DNA from: Okamejei kenojei
Taxonomy: Eukaryota
Assembly (NCBI GenBank): GCA_035221665.1
Contig: CM069132.1
Coordinates: 32,426,001 to 32,490,000 of the forward strand
Direction of reading: 5' to 3'
DNA length: 64,000 nucleotides
Position numbers and translations under genes: made by a program. This document shows, one piece after another, positions 1 through 11,110 of the stretch; within the stretch, counting starts at the first letter, position 1; every line of letters starts with the position of its first letter. The notes below the pieces were generated by a model. It had not been told where the DNA came from. It searched no databases and saw nothing but the letters and a program-made list of their open reading frames with translations.

Positions 1-410
1 ACCTTTAACGACCCACATCTCCTTCCTTTCTCCCCCACACGCTGCCCCACTTTTACCCCACCTTCCCTCCCCGGGCCCCACTTGGACTCCCACCTATTTC
101 TCCCCTTTACCAACCCCTCCTCCCTCTGGCTTCACAATCTTCAACTCTTCAAACCTACTGTTTATATCTCTGACCTTTGTTCCAACCATCTGTCTATCTA
201 AAGTCTCCTTTACCTGCGTTGAATTACTACTGTAGTGCTTTGTCCTGCTTCGCCCCTTTTCCAGCTATCTTCTCCCCACTGCTACAATGTCTCAAGAAGG
301 GTCTCGACCCGAAATGTCACCATGTTCTCCAAAAATACTGCCTGACCTGAGCTACTCCAGCATTTTGTGTTATTTTGTGTAAGATTCAGCATTTGCATTT
401 CTATGTTTCT
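1..410 (+). mobile_element. Degraded Penelope-like element 3' end / pLTR with decayed hammerhead motif
   Basis: ctcaagaagggtctcgacccgaaatgtcacc...ctactccagcattttgtgt matches the pLTR end at 22319-22445. Confidence 0.7.
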
Positions 411-699
411 TAATGGTTTTATTGATCTTGGTCACTGTAGTTAGTTGAAGTTGGTCAGCATCCAGGAATTGGGAACATTGGTCAATTTTTTAAATAATGT
501 TTATTATTAGTTCTGTACCTGTCACCTCTCTGTGACCACTTACAATCAGAATTGTTTGTGTTTAAAGGGCCATGGCATGGGTATGTATTAGTTTTTATTA
601 AGTCCCAAAAATCGTGAAATGTACTTGATTTAAGGAATGAAAGATTAAAATACTGATCAACTTGTACTCTGAAAACAACTTGTTTCTTCTACTTCCCAG

Positions 700-876
700 A
701 TTTGGCAGTGTGGGGGTTCCTTAGAAATACATCCTTGTTCTCATGTGGGGCATGTTTTCCCTAAACAAGCTCCTTACTCAAGGAGTAAAGCGCTGGCAAA
801 CAGTGTACGGGCTGCGGAAGTCTGGATGGATGAATATAAAACTCTGTACTACCACAGGAATCCACATGCTCGTTTG
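700..876 (+). CDS. GALNT12: GALNT12 internal exon, catalytic Gal/GalNAc-T region ([59 protein letters not shown])
   Basis: AG at 698-699 after a pyrimidine tract, GTGAGT donor at 877; 177 nt, phase 0; peptide closely matches vertebrate GALNT12 as I recall it. Confidence 0.95.
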
Positions 877-1229
877 GTGAGTCATAATCATCAGCAGAAT
901 TCCAAAGTGAATAATGCAATATGTAATTAAAAAAAAACAAAGCATTGTACTATTATTTGTTCAGAGAACTACTTTCTGATTTTGGATGTTAATTTCATCT
1001 TTAAAATACAGAAACAAGGGTCAACACTGATCAACAAGGGAATATTTTGGTTTACTACACCATACTTTGAAAGGTGTGTTGTCAGCATTAATTAATGAAT
1101 CGGTGGTTAAGATTAAGAAGCTTAAAACCGAAAAAGCAAATCTCAACACAAAACTGAGTTTGCTGTGTATGTGCCTTCCCTGGCAGTGTGCTCCAGGCAC
1201 CTACTAATCTGTAAGTTTAAAAAAATTGT

Positions 1230-2055
1230 AAGCGGAAACCTGGGATGAACTGCGAGGTCCATTCACAGGTTAAGGCCAGGTCCGCTGCATATGTCAAACG
1301 CTCCCAAGTGGTACAAGTAGGCCCGCGATGATGTACACAATGCTATCAAGGATGCCAAGAGACAATACCGGGTCAAACTTGAGTCCCAATATAATCACTC
1401 GTACACACACGGAGAATGTGACAAGTTCAAAATTCGATAACTGGCTGTAGAGCAAGGTCAGGGAACATCACCCCACCTGATGAACTGAATGCTTTCTATG
1501 CTCACTTCAAGCAGAAGGCCACCAGGCCGGTGTCACCTGGCTCTTCAGACTCGAGTGTGCCTCTCCCCAGGGTTAGAGGTTAGATCAGCCTTCCTGAGGG
1601 AATACCCACAAAAAGCAACTGGACCAGACTGTATTCCTCACCCTGTCCTTAGTAGCTACGCGGACCAGCTAGCGGGCCTATTCGCGGACATTTATAATTT
1701 ATCCCAACTCCGTTCTGAGGTACCCATCTGCTTCAAGAAGACTACCAACATCCTGGTGCTGAAGAAAAGCTAGATCTCATGCCTAAATGACTACCATCCA
1801 GTGGCTTTGACATCCACCATCAAATGTTTTGAGAGGCTAGTTATGGAATGCATTAAATCAATTCTACCACGTTGCCTTGACCCACTGTAGTTAGTCCACT
1901 GCCACAACTGTTCCAAGGACAATGCCATCGGCCTAGTCCTGCACTCATTCCTGGAACACCTGGATAAGAGAGACACCTACCTCAAATCCCTATTCACAAA
2001 CTACATCTCTGCTTTTAACACCATTATGCCAGCCAAGCTTATTACCAAACTCTAC
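1230..2055 (+). mobile_element. Rex1/Babar-type non-LTR retrotransposon RT fragment
   Basis: KATGPDCIP...ADQLAGLFADIYNLS...VPICFKKTT followed by LNDYxPVALT; frameshifted. Confidence 0.8.
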
Positions 2056-2559
2056 GCTCGTCCCACTTGCCAGTGTATGGCCCATATCCCTTTAAACCTT
2101 TAATATTCATGTACCTGCTCAAATGTATTTTTCTGGTTGCTCATTCCCGATACTCACCACCCTCTATGGGAAAAGGTGCTCCTTGGGTTCCTATTAAATC
2201 TTTCTCTGAACTTAAACCTATGCAGAACTGCCAAGTAGTACGGATTTTCCGTATTTTGTACGGAAATGCGATAAGAATATGGGTGTACGGATTTGCTTTG
2301 TAAAATACTGACTTCTTAGACTTCCTGTTTCATCTTGCTGCTTAAAAAATGCAAGGATATGAAAAGTCATACTGTAACTTTAAAATTATAGCAGATTAAA
2401 TCTATTAGTATTTTAAATTTCAAGATCTGGATGATTATTTTTGTAAGCTTTGATCTGCCTGTCCTGCTACACGTTTAAACAGTGCTGTCAGTTTAGCGTG
2501 TGGGAATTTAAACGAACAGCGCTATTGCCTTTACACATAGCGCTATGGGCTTGACACAT

Positions 2560-3945
2560 TACATTGTCCCCTCCTCGTGCCACTCTGCTGTCTGCAGGGA
2601 CCCCTCACTGTGACTCCCTGTTTTGCTCATCACTCCCTTCCACTTCCCCCTGCAAACGTACGAATGATAAAACCTGAAGTAGACACACAATGCTGGAGTA
2701 ACTCAGCGGGTCGGCAGCATTTCTGGAGAGAAGGAATGGGTGATGTTTTGGGTCGAGACCCTTCTTCAGACTGATGTCAGGGGAGGAGGCGGGACAAAGA
2801 TAAAATGTAGTCGGAGACAGTAAGACTGGTGGGAGAACTGGAAGGGGGAGGTGATAGAGATGGAAAGCAAGAGCTATCTGAAGTTAGAGAAGTCAATGTA
2901 CATTCTGCTGGTGTGAAAAATACCTAAGCGAAATATGAGGTGCTGTTCCTCCAATTTCTGCTGGGCCTCACTCTGAGAATGGAGGAGGCCCAGGACAGAA
3001 AGGTCAGATTGGGAATCGGAGGGGGAGTTGAAGTGCTGAGCCACGGAGAGATCAGGTAGGTTAAAACGGACTGAGCGGAGGTGTTCAGCAAAATAATCAT
3101 CGAGCCTGTGCTTGGTCTTGCCGTTGTAGAGAAGTTGAAACTTGTCTGTTCACCATCTCCCTCTCCTATATCCAGAGACTTAAACGCCCCTTCCAGGTTA
3201 GACAGAAATTCACCCACACCACCTCTAACCTCGTCTACTGCATTTGGTGTCCTCTCCTCTACATCAGTGAGTCTAAACACAGTTGTGGTGTTTGCTTTGC
3301 CGATCACCTTTGCTCTATCTGCCAGGCTACCTGGAGTTCCTGGTTGTCAGTTGCCAATCGCCCTACTCATTCTCATACCGACTGGTCTGTCATCGGTCTT
3401 CTCGATTGCTAGGGTGAGGCCAAACACATATGAGAGGAACAGCATTTTATATTCTGCCTTCCTAGTCTACATTCCAATGGCATGATCATTTAATTTTCCC
3501 ACTTCGGGTAACCTACAGCCCCTTTGTCCTTTTCTTTCTCCGATACCTTACTCTCAATTTTTCCGTCTCCGCAGTAACTGCTCCCAAGATTAGTTTTTCC
3601 ACTACAGGAAAAACGAGAAGCCCTCTTTCTTCAGTAAAAGTGGTTTTCTCCCCATGGATGGATCCTCACTGTGTTTCCTGTCCTTTAGTTCTGGTCTCGC
3701 TTCCTCTCCCCTCCCCTAGATGGAACAAGGATAGAATTCCCTGGACCTCACCTTCCATGTCACCTTTCATGTCACCTGATTCTGCATCCAACACATCATT
3801 TTCTGACTTTTCCGACATGATTCCACCAGTTACATTTTCCCGTCTCTGCCACTTTCTGCAGAGACGACTCCCTTGGTTCAGTCATCCTTTCCCTCCCTTC
3901 CTGACGTACTTTCCCCTGCAACTGTAGGAAATGTAATACCTGCAA
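2560..3945. mobile_element. Cluster of Penelope-like fragments in both orientations (younger minus copy ~2670-3140, older plus pieces)
   Basis: Similarity to GIY-YIG region and pLTR of the 21570-22445 copy; decayed hammerhead on minus strand ~2740-2772. Confidence 0.7.
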
Positions 3946-4053
3946 TCTGAGTGAACTAGTTAAAAATAAGTTATAGAACAGATTTTGATTTCAGTGAAAC
4001 TTCTCTTACTTTGAAATGGTTTTAGTTTTCTTTCAACTTTTGCTTGTTTACAG

Positions 4054-4185
4054 GAGGCATATGGTGATGTAACAGAGAGAAGAAAACTAAAAGAGAAACT
4101 GCAGTGTAAAAACTTCAAATGGTTTTTGGAAAATATTTACCCAGATATACATGTACCTGAAGACCGGGCAGGTTTCTTTGGAATG
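4054..4185 (+). CDS. GALNT12: GALNT12 exon ([44 protein letters not shown])
   Basis: CAG acceptor, GTAAAT donor, 132 nt phase 0; conserved LxCKxFKWFLENxYP motif. Confidence 0.95.
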
Positions 4186-4649
4186 GTAAATATGTCGTGC
4201 TATATTTGAGATAACTCCATCACTAAATACCAGATGGTTTTCACCATCTGCTGGTTGTTCTATGTGAATCCCAACTCCTCACTTTTTTTAGTGAAATATT
4301 TTCAAGGATGAACTACATCATACTCTGATGGAGACTTTTGTCAACATTTACTCAGCTGGGGCTGCACTGTCCAAGCTAAGATATTTGTGTACGTCATTTA
4401 GTGCTGAGATAGGCCAGAAATGCCTTTATTTCGGGCAATCTAAGTTGTGAATTCAGGTGACCACAATTTTGATTGAATTTTACTGAAATGTGATTATTTG
4501 ATAACGATGCTCCCCTAAAAACCCTATTCCACATCTGAAATATCCTTCCAATGCCATTTTTTGATTACTGTTAATTGATTTGGTGGAATTAGGGATAAAA
4601 TAAACTGGCACAGTGGTAGAGTTGCTGCCTTATGGCACAGTATGAAACT

Positions 4650-5870
4650 TGATACATCACACACCAAGACCATGGTAAGTAAATGTAGCGCTATCGTGTA
4701 CCGTTTTGACATAATTTCAGGAACCCCGCACAGACACACAGACACAATAACAAACAAGATGAGAGTTTTCGTAATATATAGATATTACTAGATTAAGTGG
4801 GACATGTTCACACGGGAGGGTAGGTCCCCAACGCAATATTCCACCTCTCCACCAATTCCAATATTGGGGAGGGGGGGGGGCTTTCTGGAGAGCTAGTATG
4901 GGTGTTGTTGGTGAAGGGACTGGTTTTCATAGGGCTAGTATGGACATTGTGGGCCGAATTGATTCTTGGGCTGGCAGCTCGGGCACTCAGGCCTGGTGGG
5001 CTGGCAGCTCGGTCACTCAGTTCTGGTGGGCTGGCAGCTCAATCACTCAGGTCTGGTGGGCTGGCAGCTCAGTCACTTGGGCCTGGTGGGCTAGCAGCTC
5101 AGTCACTCAGGCCTGGTGGACCGGCAGCTCAGTCACTCAGGGCTAGTGGGCTGGCAGCTCAGTCACTCGGGTCTGGTGGGCTGGCAGCTCAGTCACTTAG
5201 GCCTGGTGGGCTGGCAGTTCGTCACTCAGGCCTGGTGGGCTGGCAGCTCAGTTACTCAGGGCTAGTGGGCTGGCAGTTCGTCACTCAGGCCTGGTGGGCT
5301 GGCAGCTCAGTTACTCAGGGCTAGTGGGCTGGCAGCTCAGTCACTCAGGGCTAGTGGGCTGGCAGCTCAGTCACTCAGGGTCGGTGGGCTGGCAGTTCAC
5401 TCGTGGCTATTCTTTGAAATTCCATTTCAGGCAGAGTGCAGGCCACCAAATTCAATGTCATAGCATTTCAAGCAGAGTGCACTCACTCTCTCACTCCGTC
5501 CCTTCATAACTCCTTCTCCCTCTATCCCCTCCTCTCCCCCACTCTCCCTCCCCAGGATCTCGAGGTTGCTGATACTCTCCCTTCTTGCGTGACCCGGAGC
5601 AACATCGGCTGTCGACGCTGTTCCTCTGCTCGGCCTGGAAGCACCAGCAATTATGTCCACGCCGGCATGTGGGCGGGGGGATGGGGGGTTGTGTGGGGGC
5701 GGGGAAGTGCCCTGAGAAAAGACAGGGGAAGAGCCATGGAGGAGAGGGGGGTATCACAGCGGAGGGGGAGCAGGAGCCAGCGAGGGGGACCAGAAGGGAA
5801 GGGGCTGGAGCTGCTGGGTGTTGTGATGGCGGTGCCTTTGGGACACATCTTTTTGACTGGAGATGCGATT
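4650..5870 (-). mobile_element. Helitron-like non-autonomous element ends arranged head-to-tail
   Basis: On minus strand: GGGAC/GTCCC hairpin (~4798-4829) shortly before CTAG|T end at 4788, then A|TC start at 4782 of a second unit with CAGACA-type repeats; outer limits uncertain. Confidence 0.55.
4965..5405. repeat. 30-bp GC-rich minisatellite, about 14 units (gggctggcagctcagtcactcaggcctggt)
   Basis: Directly visible tandem units; gives periodic ORFs in all three frames. Confidence 0.95.
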
Positions 5871-6018
5871 AAACATCAACCTAACAAAGAACATTGTACA
5901 TTTTCATTGCAATAGACAAGTTTTCTCTGAAAAGATCTGTTATCAATGTAGGATGCTTAATTTTAATATCTAGTATCCGCTGCAATATAATATAATGGCT
6001 ATGTTTTGTTTTCTTCAG

Positions 6019-6132
6019 CTGAAGAACAAGGGGATGTCGAAGTATTGCTTTGATTACAATCCACCAAATGAACACAATGTTGCAGGAGAGAAAATCATCC
6101 TGTACCAGTGTCATGGTATGGGACAAAATCAA
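6019..6132 (+). CDS. GALNT12: GALNT12 exon, ricin-type lectin alpha repeat (LKNKGMSKYCFDYNPPNEHNVAGEKIILYQCHGMGQNQ)
   Basis: ttcttcAG acceptor, GTATGT donor, 114 nt; CHGxGxNQ lectin motif. Confidence 0.95.
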
Positions 6133-6589
6133 GTATGTATTCTGCGATGAAGGGTTTTAGCCTGAAATGTTTTGGGGTTTTTTTTTCCTCCCCGCAGATG
6201 TGGTCTGACCTGTGTATTTTCAGTGTGTTTTTCTTTCATATGTAATAGCTGACTTTGTTCATTTACTGGGTAGGTGGATGGATTTGATTATTGTCCACCC
6301 AACAGTCTAAGGCCCTGGCATTGTACCCTTTAGGGAAATGTGCATACAAGCATATGAATCTCCAGTGGTTCAAATATAATGTTATTCAGAGTCTTATGGT
6401 TTATATATGTGGATTACGGAATGTTGGACCGCATGCAGGCTTTTTATTTTTATTTGAATATGATAAAGTCTGCTTCATTTATAGATTATTTAATTTTTAA
6501 ATGAAGATTTTACTTTTTTTTGATGGTAAGTACTAGGTCAGGAGAGTATTCTGCATATGATGAGGATTTTTAATTCAAAGCTGGGAGCA

Positions 6590-7145
6590 TGATTGGAGAT
6601 AAGCAAGCCAGTGAGAAGAAGGGTGAAGAACAAGCAGACTCTTGTGGTTTCAAAGAGAAATTGGTGCACTGCTTTATGATCTACAGAAAGTCAAAATACA
6701 GTCAGCAATTAAGTAAGCACATCCTATTTGTACATTGACCTGTAATGCAAAGAGGGTAAACAGAGATTGTACAGAGATTTGATGAAACCACATTTGGAAT
6801 ACTATGCATAGTTTTATTATGTGTTACAAAAGAAGGATATTATGATTTGTAGTCAGGATAGTGTTGATTCCAGGGATGATAGTTGATCCATGGGATGATG
6901 TTGGCCAATGATTTACATTTCAGTTTAGAAGATTAGGAGATGGTGTAATTGAAGCATAAGACTTAGAAAAGGATTGATAGGGGAGATATCAAAAGATTGT
7001 TTTATTCAGTTGCAGAGTGCGGAATTAGTATGCAGATAATGGAGCGATATGGATCATGTGCAGGCAGATGAGCTTGGTTTACCTGGCATCATGCTTGGTT
7101 GTGGGTCAAAGAGCCTGTTCCTGTGCTGTACTTTTCAATGTTCTA
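6590..7145 (+). mobile_element. Old degraded CR1-type LINE 3' fragment
   Basis: Decayed PHLEYCxQF region and CR1 3' tail (gagcctgttcctgtgctgtac...ttctat). Confidence 0.6.
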
Positions 7146-7519
7146 TCATATGTGACAAATATATGGATATGCGGTCTGTCATTTGGGACAGCTAAAAAAA
7201 AATTGTGTTCAGACAGTTACTAATCTTTTATCATTGCCAATCTGTCTTGAGAACTCGTTCACAAATTATATTCAAGTTGAGATAAGTAGATTTTTTGCCA
7301 CATATGATATAATATTGAAAAGTAGAGCACAGGAATAAGCTGCTTGGCCCACGATGCCAATGCCTAAAATTATGTCAAGGTAAACTAATCTCATCTGCCT
7401 GCATGTGATCCATATCTCTCCATTCCGTACATATTAGGATCATGCAGGTAAGTTGTTTCTTGCATTTGTGGTCTAGGTGGTTATTTGCTATGGTGAGCCT
7501 ATGCTGTCATAGATCCTAG

Positions 7520-9080
7520 TCATAAATTCATGCAGTGTGGAAACATGCCCTTCGGCCCAACTTGCCCACGCTGACCAACATGCCCCATCTACAATAATCC
7601 CACGTGCGTGTGCTTGGCCCATAACCTTCTAAACCTGTGCTGTCCATGTACCGGTCCAATTGTCTCTTGGTGTTATGATAATACCTGCCTCAACTGCCTC
7701 CTCTGGCAGCTCATTCCATATATCCACTATCAGTTGTGTGGAAAAAAAAAAGTTACTCTTCAGCTTTCTATTAATCTTTCTCCCCACACCTTGAACCTAT
7801 GTCCTCTGGTTCTTGATTCCCCTACTCTGGGCAAAAGACTCTGCGTTTACCCGATCTATTCCTCTTGTATTTTTGTATACCTCTGCATGATCACACCTCT
7901 TCCTCCTGTGCTCCAAGGAATGAAGTCCTACCCTGCTCAACCTCTCCCTATAGCTCAGGCCCTCGAGTCCTGGCAACTTCCTTGTAAATCTTCTCTGCAC
8001 CCTTTCCAGCTTTCCAACATCTTTCATATAACATGGTGATTAAAACTGAACACAGTACTCTTAAGTGTGGCCTCGCGAATGCCTTGCGCAACTGTGACAT
8101 GACCACCCAGTTTCTATGCTCAATACTGTCACTGAAGAAGACCAATATACCAAAAGCCTTTTTGACCATCCCATTCTACCTGTGAGGCCACTTTCAAGGA
8201 GCTATGTACTCTCCTTGTATCTCTCTGTTCTACAATGACTGGGCTTTTATTCACTGGAATTTAGAAGGATGAGAAGGGATCTTATAGAAACATTTAAAAC
8301 AAAGTTTATTGGACAAGCTAGATGCAGGAAAATTGTTCACGGTGTTGGGGGAGTCCAGAACCAAGGGTCAAAATTTAAGAATAAGGGGTAGGCCATTTAG
8401 GACTGAGATGAGGAAACACTTCTTCATTAAGTTTGTGAATCTGTGGAATTCTGTGCCACAGAAGGCAGTGGAGGCCAATTTGCTACATGTCTTCAAGAAA
8501 GAGTTAGATTTAGCTCTTGGGGCTAAAGGGATATGGGGGGAAAAAGCAGGAACTGATTTTAGATGATCAGCCATGATCATATTGAATGGTGGTGCTGGCT
8601 TGAAAGGCCGGATGGTCTACTCCTGCACCTATTTTTTAATCTTTCTAACACTACACAGAGCCCTACCAGTCACAGTGTACATTCTGACCTTGCTAGGCTG
8701 CCCAAAATGCAACACCTCATATTTGTCTGTATTAAATTTAATCAAGCATTCCTCAGTCCAGCTGGCCAACCGATCAAGGTACTGCTGCAATGTCTGACGA
8801 CCATCTTCACGATCCACAATATCACCCACTTTAGTGTCTTGTGCAAACTTGCTAATCATGTCCCGTACATTCTCATCCACATCATTGATATAGATTACAA
8901 ACAGCAATGGGCCACACCACTAGTCACTGGCCTCCAGTCCAACAACCTTCAGCAACCTTCCACCATCACCCTCTGCTTCCTTCCATGAAGCTAATATTCT
9001 TTCAATTCAGCTATATCTCCTTGGATCAGATGCGATCTAACCTTCCAGAGCAGTCTACCTTGTGGAACCTTGTCAAATGC
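7520..9080 (-). mobile_element. CR1 RT/3' fragment (minus) interrupted by a plus-strand CR1 3' fragment at ~8235-8645
   Basis: ORFs LFVIYINDVDE...ISKFAQDTK and LERVQRRFTR on minus; GESRTKG...NLWNSVPQKAVEA on plus. Confidence 0.85.
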
Positions 9081-9209
9081 ATGTGGGCCACAATGAAGTG
9101 GAATTTAGTTCCCTAGACGAAAGCTGCGCAGGATTTTAATTGAAGAAAGTGATGGAGGTTTCAGGATGCTGTTGACTTGGGGAAAGTGGAAGATGTGACC
9201 ATTCAGCTT

Positions 9210-9512
9210 GTCCATGGAAATACAGCAGTAGAGTTGTTGCCTTACAGCGTTTGCAGCGCCGGAGGCGCAGGTTCGATCTCGACTGCAGGTGCTGTCTGTA
9301 AGGAGTTTGTACAATCGCCACTTTACCGCGTGGGTTTTCTCCGACATCTCGGTTCCTTCCCAAACTACAAGACGTACAGGTATGTAGGTAAATTGGCTTG
9401 GTATAATTGTCCCTAGTGTGTAGGATAGTGTTAGTGCGGGTATCGCTGGTCGGTGCAGACTTGGTGGGCTGAAGGGTCTGTCTTGGTGCTGTGTCTCAAA
9501 ACTATACTAAAA
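9210..9512 (+). mobile_element. tRNA-derived HE1-like SINE with CR1-type tail
   Basis: A-box-like cagcagtagag, B-box ggttcgatc, conserved body shared by many copies in the window. Confidence 0.8.
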
Positions 9513-9677
9513 TGGCAATTCAATCCTTTGTGTTTTGGGTACTGACTTCTCTCTTCGATCATTTTTGAATGGAATTATTTGGGACTATTTGACTATTCTA
9601 AAGCTTTTAGTGCACATTGAGACAGATTACATTGTATGGGCTTTCTTTACAATAAGGTATGATTTACCTTTACCAGG

Positions 9678-10003
9678 TTTAGTTTAGAGATACAGCACGG
9701 AAACAGCCCCTTCGGCCCACCAAGTTTGCACCGCCCAATGATCGCCGCACTAACACAAGCCTACACACACTAGGGACAATTTACACATATACCAAGTTTC
9801 CAAACGGAAGCCAATTAACCTACAAACCTGTACATCTTTGGAGTGTGGGAGAAAACCGAAGATCTTGGAAAAAACCCAGGCAGTCACGGGGAGAGCGTAC
9901 AAACACTGTACAGACAGCACCCGTATTCGGGATCGAACCCCGGTCTCTGGCGCTGCAAGAACTGTAGTGCATCAACTCTACCGCTGCACCACCGTGCTGC
10001 CCA
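9678..10003 (-). mobile_element. HE1-like SINE (inverted relative to 9210-9512)
   Basis: Reverse complement of the same family; gggatcgaaccc B box. Confidence 0.8.
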
Positions 10004-10363
10004 TAAAAGGTGATAAGAGTTTTATCAGTGAATTTAAGTGTCAGTCAAGGCAGTGCGATTCTTATTGGCATTCCAGTGTGTTTTTTTTTAATTGCATTTC
10101 TTTTTACTGGTTGCATATTTGCATTATTTAAAATATTTTTTCCAAACAATTTGATGAAAAAATAATAATTTACAAATTTACATGTGTTTTGGTTCATTAT
10201 GACTTGTCATAGTCCTTGAATGGGAAGGTACTAATTAATTGAAGAACCCCTACCTTGAACAATCATTGACAGCAGTTTAAATTTCTGCAGTGTCATCCAA
10301 GAATAGCTGTGAACTTCCTTGTTATCACAAATTAGCTGAGTCTTTTTCTTATTGTGTTACTAG

Positions 10364-10519
10364 TTTTTTGAATACTCTTCACACAATGAATTTCGTTATA
10401 ATACTCGTCAGCCTGAGGCCTGTATTGCAGCAGATGCTGGCAGTGACTTCCTGACAATGTACCTTTGCCGAGAGAATAACCAGCCTGTGCCTGAAAACCA
10501 GCAATTCATTTTTAAAGAG
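10364..10519 (+). CDS. GALNT12: GALNT12 exon, lectin beta repeat (FFEYSSHNEFRYNTRQPEACIAADAGSDFLTMYLCRENNQPVPENQQFIFKE)
   Basis: TAG acceptor, GTAATG donor, 156 nt phase 0; continues NQ/FFEY. Confidence 0.93.
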
Positions 10520-10969
10520 GTAATGTTTGTAAAGTACTATTAGTGCTTATTTTTGTAAGTATAAATTTGGAAGATGCAGTTATATAATTCATGGCGCATC
10601 TTCAAAATTATAATCGCCCATTTATTTTCATTTATAAAACCTGTTACGTAAATTACAGGTGTGTGTATAATACATGTTAAATAAACTGAGAGTAACTGAA
10701 ATCTTAAAATGTGACTCTTAAAAGTCAAAGACTGATAAAAGATTGTTGTATTCCAGGAGAAAGACCTGCAGCACATTATTCTGCACTATATATATATTCT
10801 GTATAGAAATAGAAAACCATAACCCAAAGAAATATATCATCATAAACTTTGGATTACATAGTAGAGTTATGACTTTTGAGTATTTCCAGTGTAAGACTGT
10901 ATTTTGTCTGAACTATTTTAATTAGCTTGTGATCTTGATTATTTTTGTTTTTAAATGTTCTTTTGTCAG

Positions 10970-11110
10970 GATGGTTCGATCTACCATGTCCTTTCGCAGA
11001 AGTGTATAGAGGCTGTAGCCAATGGATTCAATAATGGTCGGCCAGGACCATTACTACGGCCATGTTCTGATATCGATCATCAGAAATGGTACTTTCAAGA
11101 AAGAAAATGA
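10970..11110 (+). CDS. GALNT12: GALNT12 terminal coding exon (DGSIYHVLSQKCIEAVANGFNNGRPGPLLRPCSDIDHQKWYFQERK*)
   Basis: ttttgtcAG acceptor, 141 nt to TGA; QxW motif and HQKWxFxER C-terminus typical of GALNT12. Confidence 0.93.
   Translation, partial: DGSIYHVLSQKCIEAVANGFNNGRPGPLLRPCSDIDHQKWYFQERK

Noticed and set aside
877-930. ORF-track extension VSHNHQQN... of the first GALNT12 exon
   Set aside because: Read-through past a canonical GTGAGT donor; homology continues at 4054
4898-5509. ORFs with periodic Trp/Gly/Ser repeats
   Set aside because: Translations of the 30-bp minisatellite, open in all frames, inside an intron
9210-9290. tRNA gene
   Set aside because: Only A/B-box head of a SINE; no cloverleaf and continues into the SINE body
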